From NCBI GenBank assembly GCA_947378235.1, contig CANCJE010000001.1, positions 14,361 to 78,360 on the forward strand: a stretch of 64,000 nucleotides of DNA, read 5' to 3'. This document shows, piece by piece, positions 28,941-39,275 of the stretch. A program made the position numbers and the translations under genes. Each line of letters opens with the position of its first letter. The stretch's first letter is position 1. A model generated the notes under the pieces. The model was given only the letters and a program-made list of their open reading frames with translations. It did no database searches and had not been told where the DNA came from. Source of the DNA: Caulobacteraceae bacterium. Lineage in GTDB: Bacteria; Pseudomonadota; Alphaproteobacteria; Caulobacterales; Caulobacteraceae.

Positions 28941-30254
28941 TCAGAGGGTAGGTGCCGCCGCGCGCAGTTGGCGCTGCCGACGATAGAAATAGACCCCTGC
29001 GGCTGAAACAAGAACCGCCCCAACAATGCTCGTGACATAGGCGGCCTGAATGTAGAATTGCAGCCAGTCAAGGGTAACCCCGCCAAAATTGCGCCACAGG
29101 AGCAAGACGACGCTGCCAGCATAGCCCGACGAGTCCGCCACATAGATCAGAAAGCCGGCGGTCGCGACCTGTCCGCTGACGGCCACTAAGCGGTCGAACA
29201 ACATCGCGTTGAAGGGCGTGTAGCCCATATAGAGGCCAGCACCCGCCAGGATCATCCACGTCAGGGGGGACAGAAGGCCCGCTTGAAAGGCCAAGGTCGA
29301 CAGACCCAAGAGGATGAAGCCTGCCACCACAAGGCCGTGGATCACCAGAAGGGCCTTTAGATTATCGCGAACCGTCATGACTGCCGCTAAGGCGGCGAGC
29401 GAGATCACAGCGACAGGAACCTCGCTGGCGGTAAAGACACTTGCGGTCTTGCCAAAGCCCAGCGCTGTCCAGATTTCAGCAGCGAAATTGTCTCTAAAAT
29501 CGCGAAAGGCCGTCAGCATGACATAGGACAGGATCAGTAAAATCAGACCCGGCGCATATTGGCGCAGGAAGGCTGCGCGTTCCTCGCCGTTCATGGGAGC
29601 GCGCGTTGTGCGCTGCGCCTCGTCTTCAGCCGACGGCGGCGGCAATAGGCTTAGGACCCAAACCGACACCGCCAAAAGCGGCATGAACACCAAGCCCACA
29701 GCCGCTGGCATCCAAAAGGCACTGATATGTCTTGAAGTCATCATCAGCACGCCGATGGATTTGACGACGCCTGACGACAGGATGAAGCTCGAACAGAGCA
29801 TGGCGCCGAGGACTTCAGAGACGCGGCGGCCTTCCATGAACCCAAAAACCAATCCGAAGATCATCCCGAGTGGCAAGCCATTGAAGAACAGGGCTGCGAC
29901 ATTCCACGGTGCGGGGATGACGGCAAAGGCCACCAAGGCGAGCCAGGACAGCCCTATGAGGATCAAGATGGCGCCGGCCCGCCGTAAGGGGTCCATCTCT
30001 GCAATGACCTTGATGCCGATCATTTTGGACAGGGCGTAACCGGCCACCTGCGCCAAGACGAGGGCAATCTTATAGTCTAGGACGAAGGTCCAGCCCTCTA
30101 CCGCCTCAAAGGTGGCGGCCGAGAATGGCTTGCGAAAAGCGTACATGGAGAAATAGGCGCAAAAGCCCGCCAGCCCGGCAATGAGGGTAAAAACGATCGG
30201 ATTGGCTTGAACCAATCTCTGCCTGATTCGGTCGTTCAGAGTGAGGGTGGTCAA
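28941..30254 (-). CDS. Polytopic membrane protein of the DUF5690 type (MFS-like), genomically linked to aminophosphonate catabolism
   Basis: 437 aa with about 12 TM segments. It is divergent from the FAD oxidase/phnX pair. The family call is from memory and context. Confidence 0.5.
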   Translation of the reverse strand: MTTLTLNDRIRQRLVQANPIVFTLIAGLAGFCAYFSMYAFRKPFSAATFEAVEGWTFVLDYKIALVLAQVAGYALSKMIGIKVIAEMDPLRRAGAILILIGLSWLALVAFAVIPAPWNVAALFFNGLPLGMIFGLVFGFMEGRRVSEVLGAMLCSSFILSSGVVKSIGVLMMTSRHISAFWMPAAVGLVFMPLLAVSVWVLSLLPPPSAEDEAQRTTRAPMNGEERAAFLRQYAPGLILLILSYVMLTAFRDFRDNFAAEIWTALGFGKTASVFTASEVPVAVISLAALAAVMTVRDNLKALLVIHGLVVAGFILLGLSTLAFQAGLLSPLTWMILAGAGLYMGYTPFNAMLFDRLVAVSGQVATAGFLIYVADSSGYAGSVVLLLWRNFGGVTLDWLQFYIQAAYVTSIVGAVLVSAAGVYFYRRQRQLRAAAPTL

Positions 30255-30405
30255 GGCTAGATCTCCGACGAAAGTGTAGGGCGGCAGTTTGAACCGTTCA
30301 TGCCTCGCAACCCCTCTGTTTTGATTCCATGACAGGTGCGTGGCAGTAGGATTAGGTTTGTCATAGATCTGAGCTAAAAACAGCGCCTTAAGAATCGTCT
30401 CAGCC

Positions 30406-31563
30406 TTGAGTTTGGAATCTATCTCTATGCCGCGTTCCTACGATCTTGCTGTTGTTGGCTCAGGAATTGTTGGTTTGGCCAGTGCCTTGGCGGCGGCACG
30501 GCGCGGAAAACGGGTCGTTGTCATTGATCGCGATGCTCAGGCCAATGGGGCCTCTGTCCGAAATTTTGGGTTCATCACCATAACCGGACAGGAACGCGGT
30601 GATATGTGGGCCCGGGCGAAACGCTCACGTGATGTTTGGGTCGAGGTGGCTGAGGCCGCTGGGATTGACATGATCCATCGCGGTCTGATCATGGCGGTGC
30701 GCCGTCCCGAAAGCATGGTTCTGCTCGAAGCCTTTCTTCAGACTGAAATGGGTCAGGGCTGTGAGATCTTGGACGCCAAAGCCCTCAAGGCCGATCACGG
30801 CTATCTGGCCGGTTCTGAGCTTTTAGGTGGCCTTTGGAGTCCCCATGAGGTGCGGGTCGAATCGCGCCAAGCCATTCCGGCGGTCGCCGCCTGGCTCGAT
30901 GACCATCACGGCGTCACCTTCATGCGCCAGACCGCTGTTGTTGGTGTAGAAACCGGCAAGGTCGTTACGACCAAAGGGGTGATTGAGGCCGATTGCGTGG
31001 CGGTCTGTCCTGGGGATGACCTGATCAGTCTCTTTCCAGAACGGGTCGCGGCCTATGGGGTCACCCGATGCAAACTCCAGATGCTTCGGCTGGCCGATCC
31101 CGGCTTTAGGCTCTCGGGCGCGGTGATGTCCGATTTGGGCCTCGTCCGTTATGCGGGATATGCCGCCTTGCCGCAGGCTCACGCTGTGCGCGCTAGGCTT
31201 GAGGCTGAGCAGGCCGCCCAACTGGCTAACGGAATTCACCTGATCGTGGTGCAGAGCGCTGACGGCAGTCTGGTCGTCGGTGATAGCCATCACTATGGCC
31301 CAACGCCCGATCCCTTTGCGTCCGAGGCCGTCGATCAATTGATCCTTGATGAATATGAGGCTGTATTTGGCCTTAGCGCACCGCCTGTCCAGGAGCGCTG
31401 GACGGGAACCTATGCGTCGGCATCGGACCGCACAGTGCTGATTGACCAGCCGTGCCAAGATGTACGCCTCGTCATGGTCACGACCGGGGCGGGGGCTTCC
31501 ACCGGCTTTGCCTTGGGCGAAGAGGTGGTCAATGAACTGTTTGGCAAGGATAAGGCCCCATGA
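30406..31563 (+). CDS. FAD-dependent amine oxidoreductase ('putative aminophosphonate oxidoreductase' type)
   Basis: It has a DAO-family Rossmann motif (LAVVGSGIVGLASAL). Its stop overlaps the phnX start (ATGA). Confidence 0.65.
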   Translation: MSLESISMPRSYDLAVVGSGIVGLASALAAARRGKRVVVIDRDAQANGASVRNFGFITITGQERGDMWARAKRSRDVWVEVAEAAGIDMIHRGLIMAVRRPESMVLLEAFLQTEMGQGCEILDAKALKADHGYLAGSELLGGLWSPHEVRVESRQAIPAVAAWLDDHHGVTFMRQTAVVGVETGKVVTTKGVIEADCVAVCPGDDLISLFPERVAAYGVTRCKLQMLRLADPGFRLSGAVMSDLGLVRYAGYAALPQAHAVRARLEAEQAAQLANGIHLIVVQSADGSLVVGDSHHYGPTPDPFASEAVDQLILDEYEAVFGLSAPPVQERWTGTYASASDRTVLIDQPCQDVRLVMVTTGAGASTGFALGEEVVNELFGKDKAP

Positions 31564-32354
31564 GCCTGCAAGGTTTGAACGACTTTGATCTGGTGATCTT
31601 TGACTGGGCCGGGACCATGGTCGACTTTGGTTGCCGGGCCCCGATTGAGGCCTTGGTCACGGCCTTTGCCCGCCGAGGCGTGGTGCTCGATGAGGTCGCA
31701 GCGCGCGTGGATATGGGCAAGGCTAAGGCGGACCATGTCCGAGCGCTTTTGGCGCGGCCTGATGTGGCGCAGGATTGGCTTGCTGCCACAGGTGCCCTGC
31801 CGCTCGAGGCCGATGTTGACGCTCTGATGGTCGATCTTGGTCCTTTGATGAGAGAGGCCGCAGGCCGCGCCGCCCAACTGATCCCAGGTGCAGCCAAGGT
31901 TGCTGCCGATTTGCGGGCCGTAGGGCTCAAGGTCGCCTCATCCACGGGCTATACGCGAGAGATGATGCAGCCGGTACTAATCCAAGCCGCAGAGCAAGGT
32001 TATGCGCCCGACCATCTGGTCTGCGCCGGAGAAACCCCGCAAGGTAGGCCCTCCCCCCTCATGGTCTACAAGACCTGCGCAGAATTAGGCGTGTGGCCCC
32101 TATCACGCGTCATCAAGGTCGACGACGCCGAGGCCGGTATAGCAGAGGGGCGCGCGGCGGGCTGCTTTACGATCGGTTTGGCAGCATCGGGCAATGGTAT
32201 TGGCCTGTCGCTTGAAGCCTACCAGATGCTCGATCCCGTTGAGCGTGAAAATCGCCTAACCAAAGTCCGAGCCAGCCTCTTGGCCGCGGGCGCGGATATG
32301 GTGATCGATAGCGTCGCTGATTTGATTGGGGCTTTGGACGCGCGCGAGACCTAA
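31560..32354 (+). CDS. phnX: Phosphonoacetaldehyde hydrolase (phosphonatase), HAD family
   Basis: It has the HAD motif I DLVIFDWAGT. Length and layout match PhnX. Confidence 0.75.
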   Translation: MSLQGLNDFDLVIFDWAGTMVDFGCRAPIEALVTAFARRGVVLDEVAARVDMGKAKADHVRALLARPDVAQDWLAATGALPLEADVDALMVDLGPLMREAAGRAAQLIPGAAKVAADLRAVGLKVASSTGYTREMMQPVLIQAAEQGYAPDHLVCAGETPQGRPSPLMVYKTCAELGVWPLSRVIKVDDAEAGIAEGRAAGCFTIGLAASGNGIGLSLEAYQMLDPVERENRLTKVRASLLAAGADMVIDSVADLIGALDARET

Positions 32355-32487
32355 ACCTCTCGAAGTCGTGATGTCGGATTTGCACGCCCCGTCTTGCGGG
32401 GCTTAATGCCGATACCGATATTCTCGTTACAGTAGTCTATTTCGGGGCGATGATCGCCTACCAGGACACTGTTAACGAGGAACTTCC

Positions 32488-34470
32488 ATGGGTTTGCTCT
32501 TGGCGACCGGGCCTTGGCTGGCGTCTGCATTTGGACTTTTGTTGGCCGCATGGCTGACGGGAGCCATCAGGTACATCTCAAACAATCGTGTTGGTGTTGT
32601 TGAAAAACTCTGGAGCTTTTCCGGCTCACTCAAGGGCGGGCTGATCGCTTTAGGCGGAGAGGCCGGATTTCAACCGGATGTCTTGCGTGGGGGCCTGCAT
32701 TTTTTCGTTCCCCTGCAATATCGTGTCCATATTCAGCCGATTGTGACCATCCCTCAGGGCCGCTTGGGCTATCTGTTCGCACGCGACGGGACACCGCTCA
32801 CGCCGGGTCAAGCCTTGGCCGCCAATCCTCAGATTGCGGACTATCAGGACACAAGGGGCTTTCTAAATGCCCAAGGTCAAAAGGGACCGCAGCGTCAGAT
32901 TTTGCGTGAAGGGGCCTATGCCCTGAACCTGGCCCAATTTGTTGTCATCACGCGTGACAGGGTCTTTGCGCTGAGCTTGGACAAAGAGGAGGCGGCCCTG
33001 TTGGCTCAGATGGCTGAGATCATCGAGGAGAGAGGGGGCTTTGAGCCGGTCGTTATCAAGGACGCCGATGATCAGATCGGGGTTGTCACGGTTCACGACG
33101 GCCCAGGTCTCGCTGACGGTCAGATCATCGCGCCTATGGTTGGGGCCAACCCGTTGGATGGGGCTACCTTCCATAATGGCTTTCAAGACCCAGAGAAGTT
33201 CTTGGCGGCGGGTGGCCGTAAGGGCCGACAACTTCAAGTCTTGGTGGAAGGCACCTATTACATCAATCGCCTCTTTGCCACGGTAGAACGGATTCCCAAG
33301 ACCGTTATCGAGGTGGGACAGGTCGGCGTCGTCGTTTCCTATACGGGGGAACGGGGTCATGACACCTCTGGCGAAGGCTACCGCCATGGCGAACTGGTCG
33401 CGACAGGTGAAAGGGGGGTCTGGTCCGACCCGTTATTGCCTGGGAAATATGCGTTCAACAGCTATGCCGGTCAGGTCACCAAGGTTCCCACGACCAATTT
33501 CATTTTGAAATGGGAGAGTGCGGCCGTTGGCTCGCACCGTTTTGACGAAAATCTTGCCGAGGTTTCGCTCATTACGCGTGATGCGTTCGAACCGACCTTG
33601 CCTGTGTCCGTCGTCGTCCATATCGACTATCGCAAGGCACCCTTGGTGATTCAGCGGTTTGGCGACATCAAGCGCTTGGTCGAGCAGACCCTCGACCCCA
33701 TGGTTTCGGCCTATTTCAAAAATATCGGTCAGACCCGCACCCTGATTGAACTGTTGCAGGACCGAAGTGCGATTCAGCAGCAGTCCGGTGAGGAGATGAA
33801 GACCAAATTTGAGCAGTATAATCTGGAACTTCAGGAGGTCTTGATCGGTACCCCCAGACCCTCAGCGGCGGGGGACGATCAGATTGAGCGTATCCTCACC
33901 CAGCTTCGTCAGCGTCAGATCGCGGATGAACAGGTTGGAACCTATGAGCGCCAGAGGATTGCGGCTGATGCAGAAAAGGCGCTGCGAGAGGCTGAGAGCC
34001 GGGCGAAGCAACAGACGGGTATTACCGAATCGGAGCTGTCGATCCTGATCCAGCAGAATAATGGTAAGGCCAACCTTGCCCGAGCCGAACAGGAGGCAGC
34101 TCAAACCCGCATGGTCGCCAAGGCTGAGGCCGATCGGACACAGATGCTTGGTGAGGGCGAGGCGGCTCGGATCATTGCCTTGGCTGGCGCTGATGCGGAA
34201 CGGGTCGCTAAGGTGGGTCTCGCGCAGGCCGAAGCCATCGCCAAGCAGGTCGAGGCCTCCGGCGGCGCGCGCTATCAGTTGGCTCGGCAGGTTGCCGAAC
34301 GGGTCGCGGAGGCGCTTGAGAAATCAGGGGTCGATGTGGTGCCAAAGGTACAGATTACCGGCGCCGGTCAAGAGGGAGGCGGCAATGGTCTGGCCCAATC
34401 CCTGTTGGCTTTGATCATGAGCGATCGGATGCAGAACGAGGGTGAGAAGGTGTCTGCCCCCACCCTCTAG
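32488..34470 (+). CDS. Flotillin-like SPFH/band-7 protein (YqiK family)
   Basis: 660 aa with an N-terminal TM segment and an SPFH domain. It has a long Ala/Glu-rich coiled coil (AEQEAAQTRMVAKAEADR..). Confidence 0.75.
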   Translation: MGLLLATGPWLASAFGLLLAAWLTGAIRYISNNRVGVVEKLWSFSGSLKGGLIALGGEAGFQPDVLRGGLHFFVPLQYRVHIQPIVTIPQGRLGYLFARDGTPLTPGQALAANPQIADYQDTRGFLNAQGQKGPQRQILREGAYALNLAQFVVITRDRVFALSLDKEEAALLAQMAEIIEERGGFEPVVIKDADDQIGVVTVHDGPGLADGQIIAPMVGANPLDGATFHNGFQDPEKFLAAGGRKGRQLQVLVEGTYYINRLFATVERIPKTVIEVGQVGVVVSYTGERGHDTSGEGYRHGELVATGERGVWSDPLLPGKYAFNSYAGQVTKVPTTNFILKWESAAVGSHRFDENLAEVSLITRDAFEPTLPVSVVVHIDYRKAPLVIQRFGDIKRLVEQTLDPMVSAYFKNIGQTRTLIELLQDRSAIQQQSGEEMKTKFEQYNLELQEVLIGTPRPSAAGDDQIERILTQLRQRQIADEQVGTYERQRIAADAEKALREAESRAKQQTGITESELSILIQQNNGKANLARAEQEAAQTRMVAKAEADRTQMLGEGEAARIIALAGADAERVAKVGLAQAEAIAKQVEASGGARYQLARQVAERVAEALEKSGVDVVPKVQITGAGQEGGGNGLAQSLLALIMSDRMQNEGEKVSAPTL

Positions 34471-34558
34471 GCCAATCCTGCCCCCTTCTCCTGATGGAGG
34501 AAGGGGGCTATGGCGTTGTCACCATTGGCGTTCTGTCCTAGCCTAAAGGGTAAGGCGA

Positions 34559-35956
34559 TTGAGCCTCCAAACCCTTCAAGGTCGCCACATGTCGCCCCGA
34601 ACCTTTCTTGAGCCCTCCCGTTCCATCGACATTATCCATGAGACGGACGTCTTGGTGGTCGGGTCGGGGCCGGGGGGCCTTGCGGCGGCCTTGGCCTGTG
34701 CCCGTGCAGGGGTGCAGACGACGCTTTTAGAGCGCTATGGCTGTTTTGGCGGCAACATTACTCAGGTCGGCGTTGAGGGCTTTGCCTGGTATCGCCACCC
34801 CCAGACCATTGACAGCGAAGGTATAGGCCGCGAGTTCGAAGAGCGGGCCAAGACCATGGGTGCGGCCATGCCAGAGCCGCAATCGATCAGCCATTCCCTC
34901 GATGCTGAAGCCTTCAAATATGTGGCCGATGTTCTGGTTGAGGAGGCGGGCGTCACCCCGATGCTTCATCGGATGTTTGTTGCCCCCATTGTTGAAAATG
35001 GGCAGATCCGCGGGATCATTACCGAGAGCAAGGCTGGCCGAGAGGCGATTTTCGCTAAACGCGTCATTGATGCGACGGGCGATGCCGATATTGCCGAGCG
35101 AGCGGGGGCCCTGACCCATAAGACACCCAAGGCCGAAATGATGTCGGTCTCGGTCATGTTTTCCATGTGCGGCGTGAACAAGACCCGCTTTATCGAGCAG
35201 GTGAAGGCCGATCCCCAGACCTATAAGGATTGGGCGGGCAATGGCGAATGGGACATCACGACCGATGGCAAGGAGGACGAAATGTTCTCTCCGTTCCTGC
35301 GCAAGCCGTTTAAAAAGGCCCTAGAGGCGGGCCTCTTGCCGCCCAACCTGGCCACCATCGCGGGGACCTGGGGCACGGTGTCGGATCAGGGCGACCTAAC
35401 CTATCTCAATATGGTCCACCTCTATCTGGATGGCACCGACCCAGACGATTTGACGATTGGTGAGATCGGCGGGCGCAAGCAGGCTATGCAGGCGGTCGAG
35501 GCGCTTAAACATTTTATGCCAGGGTGCGAGGACGCCAAGCTGCGTAACTTCGGCATGACCCTTGGTATTCGCGATACCCGCAAGATCGATGCGGCCTACA
35601 ATATGACCGGCGAAGATGTGCGCGGTCAGGCCCGTTTCGACGATTCCATCGGCATATTCCCGGAATTTATCGACGGCTATGGGCTGTTGATCTTGCCGAC
35701 CACGGGCCGATATTTTCATGTGCCCTATCGCTCGATGGTTCCTAAGGGGGTCGGGCACCTGTTGGTCACAGGCCGGGCCATTGGCGGCGATAAGATCAGC
35801 CATGCTGCCGTGCGCAACATGATGTGCTGCGCGGTCGCGGGGCAAGGGGCGGGCGTTGCGGCGGCCATGTCCATCAAGACAGGTCAAGATTTTGGCCTGC
35901 TCGACATAGGGCTCGTTCAGGCCGAACTGCGCCGTCAGGGCGCGAGGATTGCGTAA
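34559..35956 (+). CDS. FAD-dependent oxidoreductase (FAD_oxidored / PF12831-like)
   Basis: It has a Rossmann motif (VLVVGSGPGGLAAALACARAG). Co-oriented with, and overlapping by 8 nt, the MFS gene downstream. Confidence 0.6.
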   Translation: MSLQTLQGRHMSPRTFLEPSRSIDIIHETDVLVVGSGPGGLAAALACARAGVQTTLLERYGCFGGNITQVGVEGFAWYRHPQTIDSEGIGREFEERAKTMGAAMPEPQSISHSLDAEAFKYVADVLVEEAGVTPMLHRMFVAPIVENGQIRGIITESKAGREAIFAKRVIDATGDADIAERAGALTHKTPKAEMMSVSVMFSMCGVNKTRFIEQVKADPQTYKDWAGNGEWDITTDGKEDEMFSPFLRKPFKKALEAGLLPPNLATIAGTWGTVSDQGDLTYLNMVHLYLDGTDPDDLTIGEIGGRKQAMQAVEALKHFMPGCEDAKLRNFGMTLGIRDTRKIDAAYNMTGEDVRGQARFDDSIGIFPEFIDGYGLLILPTTGRYFHVPYRSMVPKGVGHLLVTGRAIGGDKISHAAVRNMMCCAVAGQGAGVAAAMSIKTGQDFGLLDIGLVQAELRRQGARIA

Positions 35957-37214
35957 AATGACCAAGAGCTCAACGCCGCCTTGGCTGATCCTCGTTTTGG
36001 CCAGCATCGCCATAGCGGGGAACTATTACGCCTATGACGCCATAGGACCCGTCGCCGATCTTTTGCGAACACAGCGCGGCCTGAGCCAGACCGATATTGG
36101 TCTGCTGAACGCGGTGTTCAGTCTCCCCAACATTCCGTTGGCGTTGGTTGGCGGCTTGATTATTGACAGACTGGGGGCCGCCAAGGCCGCGCTCGGTGCG
36201 GCAGCCTTCTGTTTTGTGGGATCGGTTCTGACGGCGGTGGGCGAGCCTTTCTCGATCATGGTCACGGGACGGCTGTTGTTTGGGGTTGGTGAAGAGACCT
36301 TGCTCATCGCACTGCTTGCAGCGCTGGCGCAGTGGTTCTCTGTAGGCGCGGCAGCCTTGGCCATGTCGTTGTTTTTCAGCCTTGCTCGGGTTGGCTCCTA
36401 CATGGCGGATATTTCACCGCGTTGGGCAGCCCCGCTTTATGATCAGGGCTGGCAACCGCCCCTATTTTTAGCGGCAGGACTAACGGGCGTCAGCTTGATC
36501 GCCGCTCTGATCTTTATGATGCTCGATAAGGGACGCACCCAAGCTAAGAGCCATGTGCCCGAGCCGATTACGGTTAGGTCCTTGGTCGGCTTTGATCGAT
36601 CCTTTTGGTATATACTCGGGCTGAATGTGCTTTTTGCCTCGGTTTTTTTCCCGTTCCGATCAACCTTTGCCATTGTCTATTTCCAGGACGCAAAGCATCT
36701 GAGCTTGGCCGATGCGGGTCTGCTCAACAGTTGGGTTTTTTTCGCTGCCATCTTTGCTACGCCGATCTTTGGCCTGATCGCGGATCGATTTGGTCGCCGC
36801 ACGCTGCTTCTCAGCTTGGGTGCCCTGTTAATGCCTGTGACCTTCTTTATCTTGGGAGCGACCAACCTCAGCCTGTGGATATCGACCGTCTTGATGGGCA
36901 TCAGCTTTTCGGTCATTCCAGCGGTCATCTGGCCAGCCACCTCAATGTTGGTCGAGCCCAAGCGTTTGGGCACCGCTTTCGGTCTGATCAATGTGCTGCA
37001 AAATCTTGGCCTGTTCGCCTGTAACTATCTGGCAGGCTGGTTCAATGACGCCAACCATGCCGGAACGACCAATCCGGCGGGCTATGAACCGATGTTGCTG
37101 ATGTTTGGTGCCTTGAGCCTGCTGGCCCTCGTCTCGACCCTAGCCCTTTGGCGCCGTGAACAGGGCCCGCATAGCCGCGGCCTTGATAGGCCCGCAACGG
37201 ACAGATCGGCCTAA
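35949..37214 (+). CDS. MFS transporter
   Basis: 421 aa with about 12 TM segments. The MFS-like loop is GLIADRFGRR. Confidence 0.75.
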   Translation: MRKMTKSSTPPWLILVLASIAIAGNYYAYDAIGPVADLLRTQRGLSQTDIGLLNAVFSLPNIPLALVGGLIIDRLGAAKAALGAAAFCFVGSVLTAVGEPFSIMVTGRLLFGVGEETLLIALLAALAQWFSVGAAALAMSLFFSLARVGSYMADISPRWAAPLYDQGWQPPLFLAAGLTGVSLIAALIFMMLDKGRTQAKSHVPEPITVRSLVGFDRSFWYILGLNVLFASVFFPFRSTFAIVYFQDAKHLSLADAGLLNSWVFFAAIFATPIFGLIADRFGRRTLLLSLGALLMPVTFFILGATNLSLWISTVLMGISFSVIPAVIWPATSMLVEPKRLGTAFGLINVLQNLGLFACNYLAGWFNDANHAGTTNPAGYEPMLLMFGALSLLALVSTLALWRREQGPHSRGLDRPATDRSA

Positions 37215-37912
37215 TGGCTTTTGTTCGTGGTTTCCGCGCGAGCCACGAGACTTTGGTAGAGCCCATCGAGATCCTCGCGGCTGATATCCAGCGTCTCGCC
37301 ATATTGTGTGAGCACAAGGTCAATATCCTGAGGCGTTAGGCTTAAGGCTGGCGAGATGGGCTGGGCCGGCGGATGGGCGACATGGGGAAAAGATCTGCCC
37401 GTGAGGTTGTTATAGATCAGCGCGCTCGCGGTCAGCAAAACCGAGTTCAAAAGGACCGGGACGAGCGCGAAGCTATAGCCCATCTGCGTAATTTTGGGCC
37501 CGCCTAGAACTGCGATGAGGGCGATGGCCCCGCTTGGCGGATGGACGCAGCGAAAAATCGTCATGACGGCGAAGGAAAGAGCGACCGCCAAAGGTGCGGC
37601 AAGCAGCGGTGTGCCAACGAGATGTGCGACCGTAACGCCGACCAGAGCGGCGACCATATGGCCTCCGATCACCGGCCATGGCTGAGCAAGCGGGCTGGCG
37701 GGTACGGCGAACAGCAGAATAGCAGAGGCACCCATGGGCGCAATGAGCAAGGGTGCGTTGGCTATGCCGCCGACGGCCAAGGTGCTGACCAGCGCTGTCG
37801 CTGCGATGCCGCAGAATATGCCAATGGCCGCACGGAGTCTGTCTCGAGGTCCCATCGCGGCGGGGGCGGGGATGAAGCCTTTTAGCCAGGTGATGATGGG
37901 GCTATCGTTCAT
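37211..37912 (-). CDS. HPP-family membrane protein
   Basis: It has the HPP motif (CVHPPSGA) and multiple TM segments. The start is chosen at MNDSPIITW; the six-frame ORF extends to 38095. Confidence 0.6.
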   Translation of the reverse strand: MNDSPIITWLKGFIPAPAAMGPRDRLRAAIGIFCGIAATALVSTLAVGGIANAPLLIAPMGASAILLFAVPASPLAQPWPVIGGHMVAALVGVTVAHLVGTPLLAAPLAVALSFAVMTIFRCVHPPSGAIALIAVLGGPKITQMGYSFALVPVLLNSVLLTASALIYNNLTGRSFPHVAHPPAQPISPALSLTPQDIDLVLTQYGETLDISREDLDGLYQSLVARAETTNKSH

Positions 37913-37959
37913 AAGGAGTAGGGGCCATTGTTGTTGCGGGTCTCCTAAGCCCCAGAGTT

Positions 37960-38523
37960 TCAAGATGCCCAGTAGCCTGTGTCCTTGGCGAGGGCATAAT
38001 AGTCGTCGCGTGTAATGCCGACCAAAATCTTGTCCCAGAACTGGCCCTTGCGATAGTGCCATCTGCGTTGACGACCCTCGATCGTCCAGCCGCACTTGCC
38101 GACATAGAGGGCGAGTGAGGCCTCGTTATAGGAAATGATATCGCCATCTAACCGCTCTAGGCCCAACTCGTCGAACACGTAACGCATCATGGCCATGACG
38201 GTGTCTTGCCCATAACCCTTACCGCGTACGGCGGATGACCCTAACGACATGCCATGGAATGCGTGGCGGTTTTTCCAATCTAAAGAGACCAGATTGGCCG
38301 TCCCAATGACGTCGCCGGCGTCAAGGGCCTCGATGATGAAGCGTTGGTTCGCCGTGTCAGAACGAAGCTTTTCGAACCAAGATCGGGTCGATGCAAGGCT
38401 CGTGGGGAAATGCCATCCTCCGAGCATGGTCCATAGGTCGGCATCATTGGCCCATTGATGAAGGACCGCAAGGTCGGTCTCTTCGATCGCCCTGAGACGG
38501 ACTTTCAATCCCAAGATACTCAT
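37960..38523 (-). CDS. GNAT-family N-acetyltransferase (RimJ/RimL-like)
   Basis: GNAT fold motifs are present (GKGYGQD..). The start is chosen at MSILGLKV. Confidence 0.7.
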   Translation of the reverse strand: MSILGLKVRLRAIEETDLAVLHQWANDADLWTMLGGWHFPTSLASTRSWFEKLRSDTANQRFIIEALDAGDVIGTANLVSLDWKNRHAFHGMSLGSSAVRGKGYGQDTVMAMMRYVFDELGLERLDGDIISYNEASLALYVGKCGWTIEGRQRRWHYRKGQFWDKILVGITRDDYYALAKDTGYWAS

Positions 38524-39275
38524 GACTTTTTGCTCGCGACGACATAGATGCTGGCACAGGAGGATGGGGCTTCGCGGCCCAACTGATAGCACCCTTCCAT
38601 AAAGGCGTCGGTGATCAGGTCGCCGCCCATCAGCCCATTGAACTGGAAATTTGCCAAGGGCTTGAACAGGATGCCGCCCGTATCAATGAGGGCGAGCTGA
38701 GCGCCCATCACATCGCGCAGAAGCGTGTCTTGCCGATAGACCCGACGATGTCCGGCGGCGACATCATCGGCGCTGAGGGCCTCTAGGTGACTCAAAATGC
38801 CCATCTTTACGGCGATCCGGCGAGAGGGGGCCTCAGCATTCGGGACCACTACAAACAGCCGACCTGTGGGGGTGAGCAAGTCCCCGAGCTTAGAAATAAC
38901 CTCTATCGGGTCGATGACATGCTCTAGAACATGCGAAAAAATTATCGTCTCGAAACGTTTGTCGGTTTCATAGTCCTCGATCAAAGCTTCAACGAATGTC
39001 GCCCGACCGGCAAATCGGCTTCTTGTGTGGTTGAGGAATTCTGCCGTCGGTTCAATGACCGTGAGGTCGGTGAAACGCTCGAGCAATAGTGCGGTTTGGT
39101 CACCGTGCGCGCACCCGACCTGCAGGCACGCCCCTTCTTGGAAATAGGACTCAAAGCTCCGCATCATGTAGGTGCGCATGGCGGCGTCAAAGGGGGCGGC
39201 ACCCTCGCCATAGGAGTCTATCGCATCGACGAGTCGGCCAGTTTCCTGAGATAGGTTATCAAGAGCAGCCATCAT
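38520..39275 (-). CDS. Class I SAM-dependent methyltransferase
   Basis: Motif I-like (LQVGCAHGD) plus post-I acidic residues. Approximately 250 aa. Confidence 0.65.
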   Translation of the reverse strand: MMAALDNLSQETGRLVDAIDSYGEGAAPFDAAMRTYMMRSFESYFQEGACLQVGCAHGDQTALLLERFTDLTVIEPTAEFLNHTRSRFAGRATFVEALIEDYETDKRFETIIFSHVLEHVIDPIEVISKLGDLLTPTGRLFVVVPNAEAPSRRIAVKMGILSHLEALSADDVAAGHRRVYRQDTLLRDVMGAQLALIDTGGILFKPLANFQFNGLMGGDLITDAFMEGCYQLGREAPSSCASIYVVASKKS

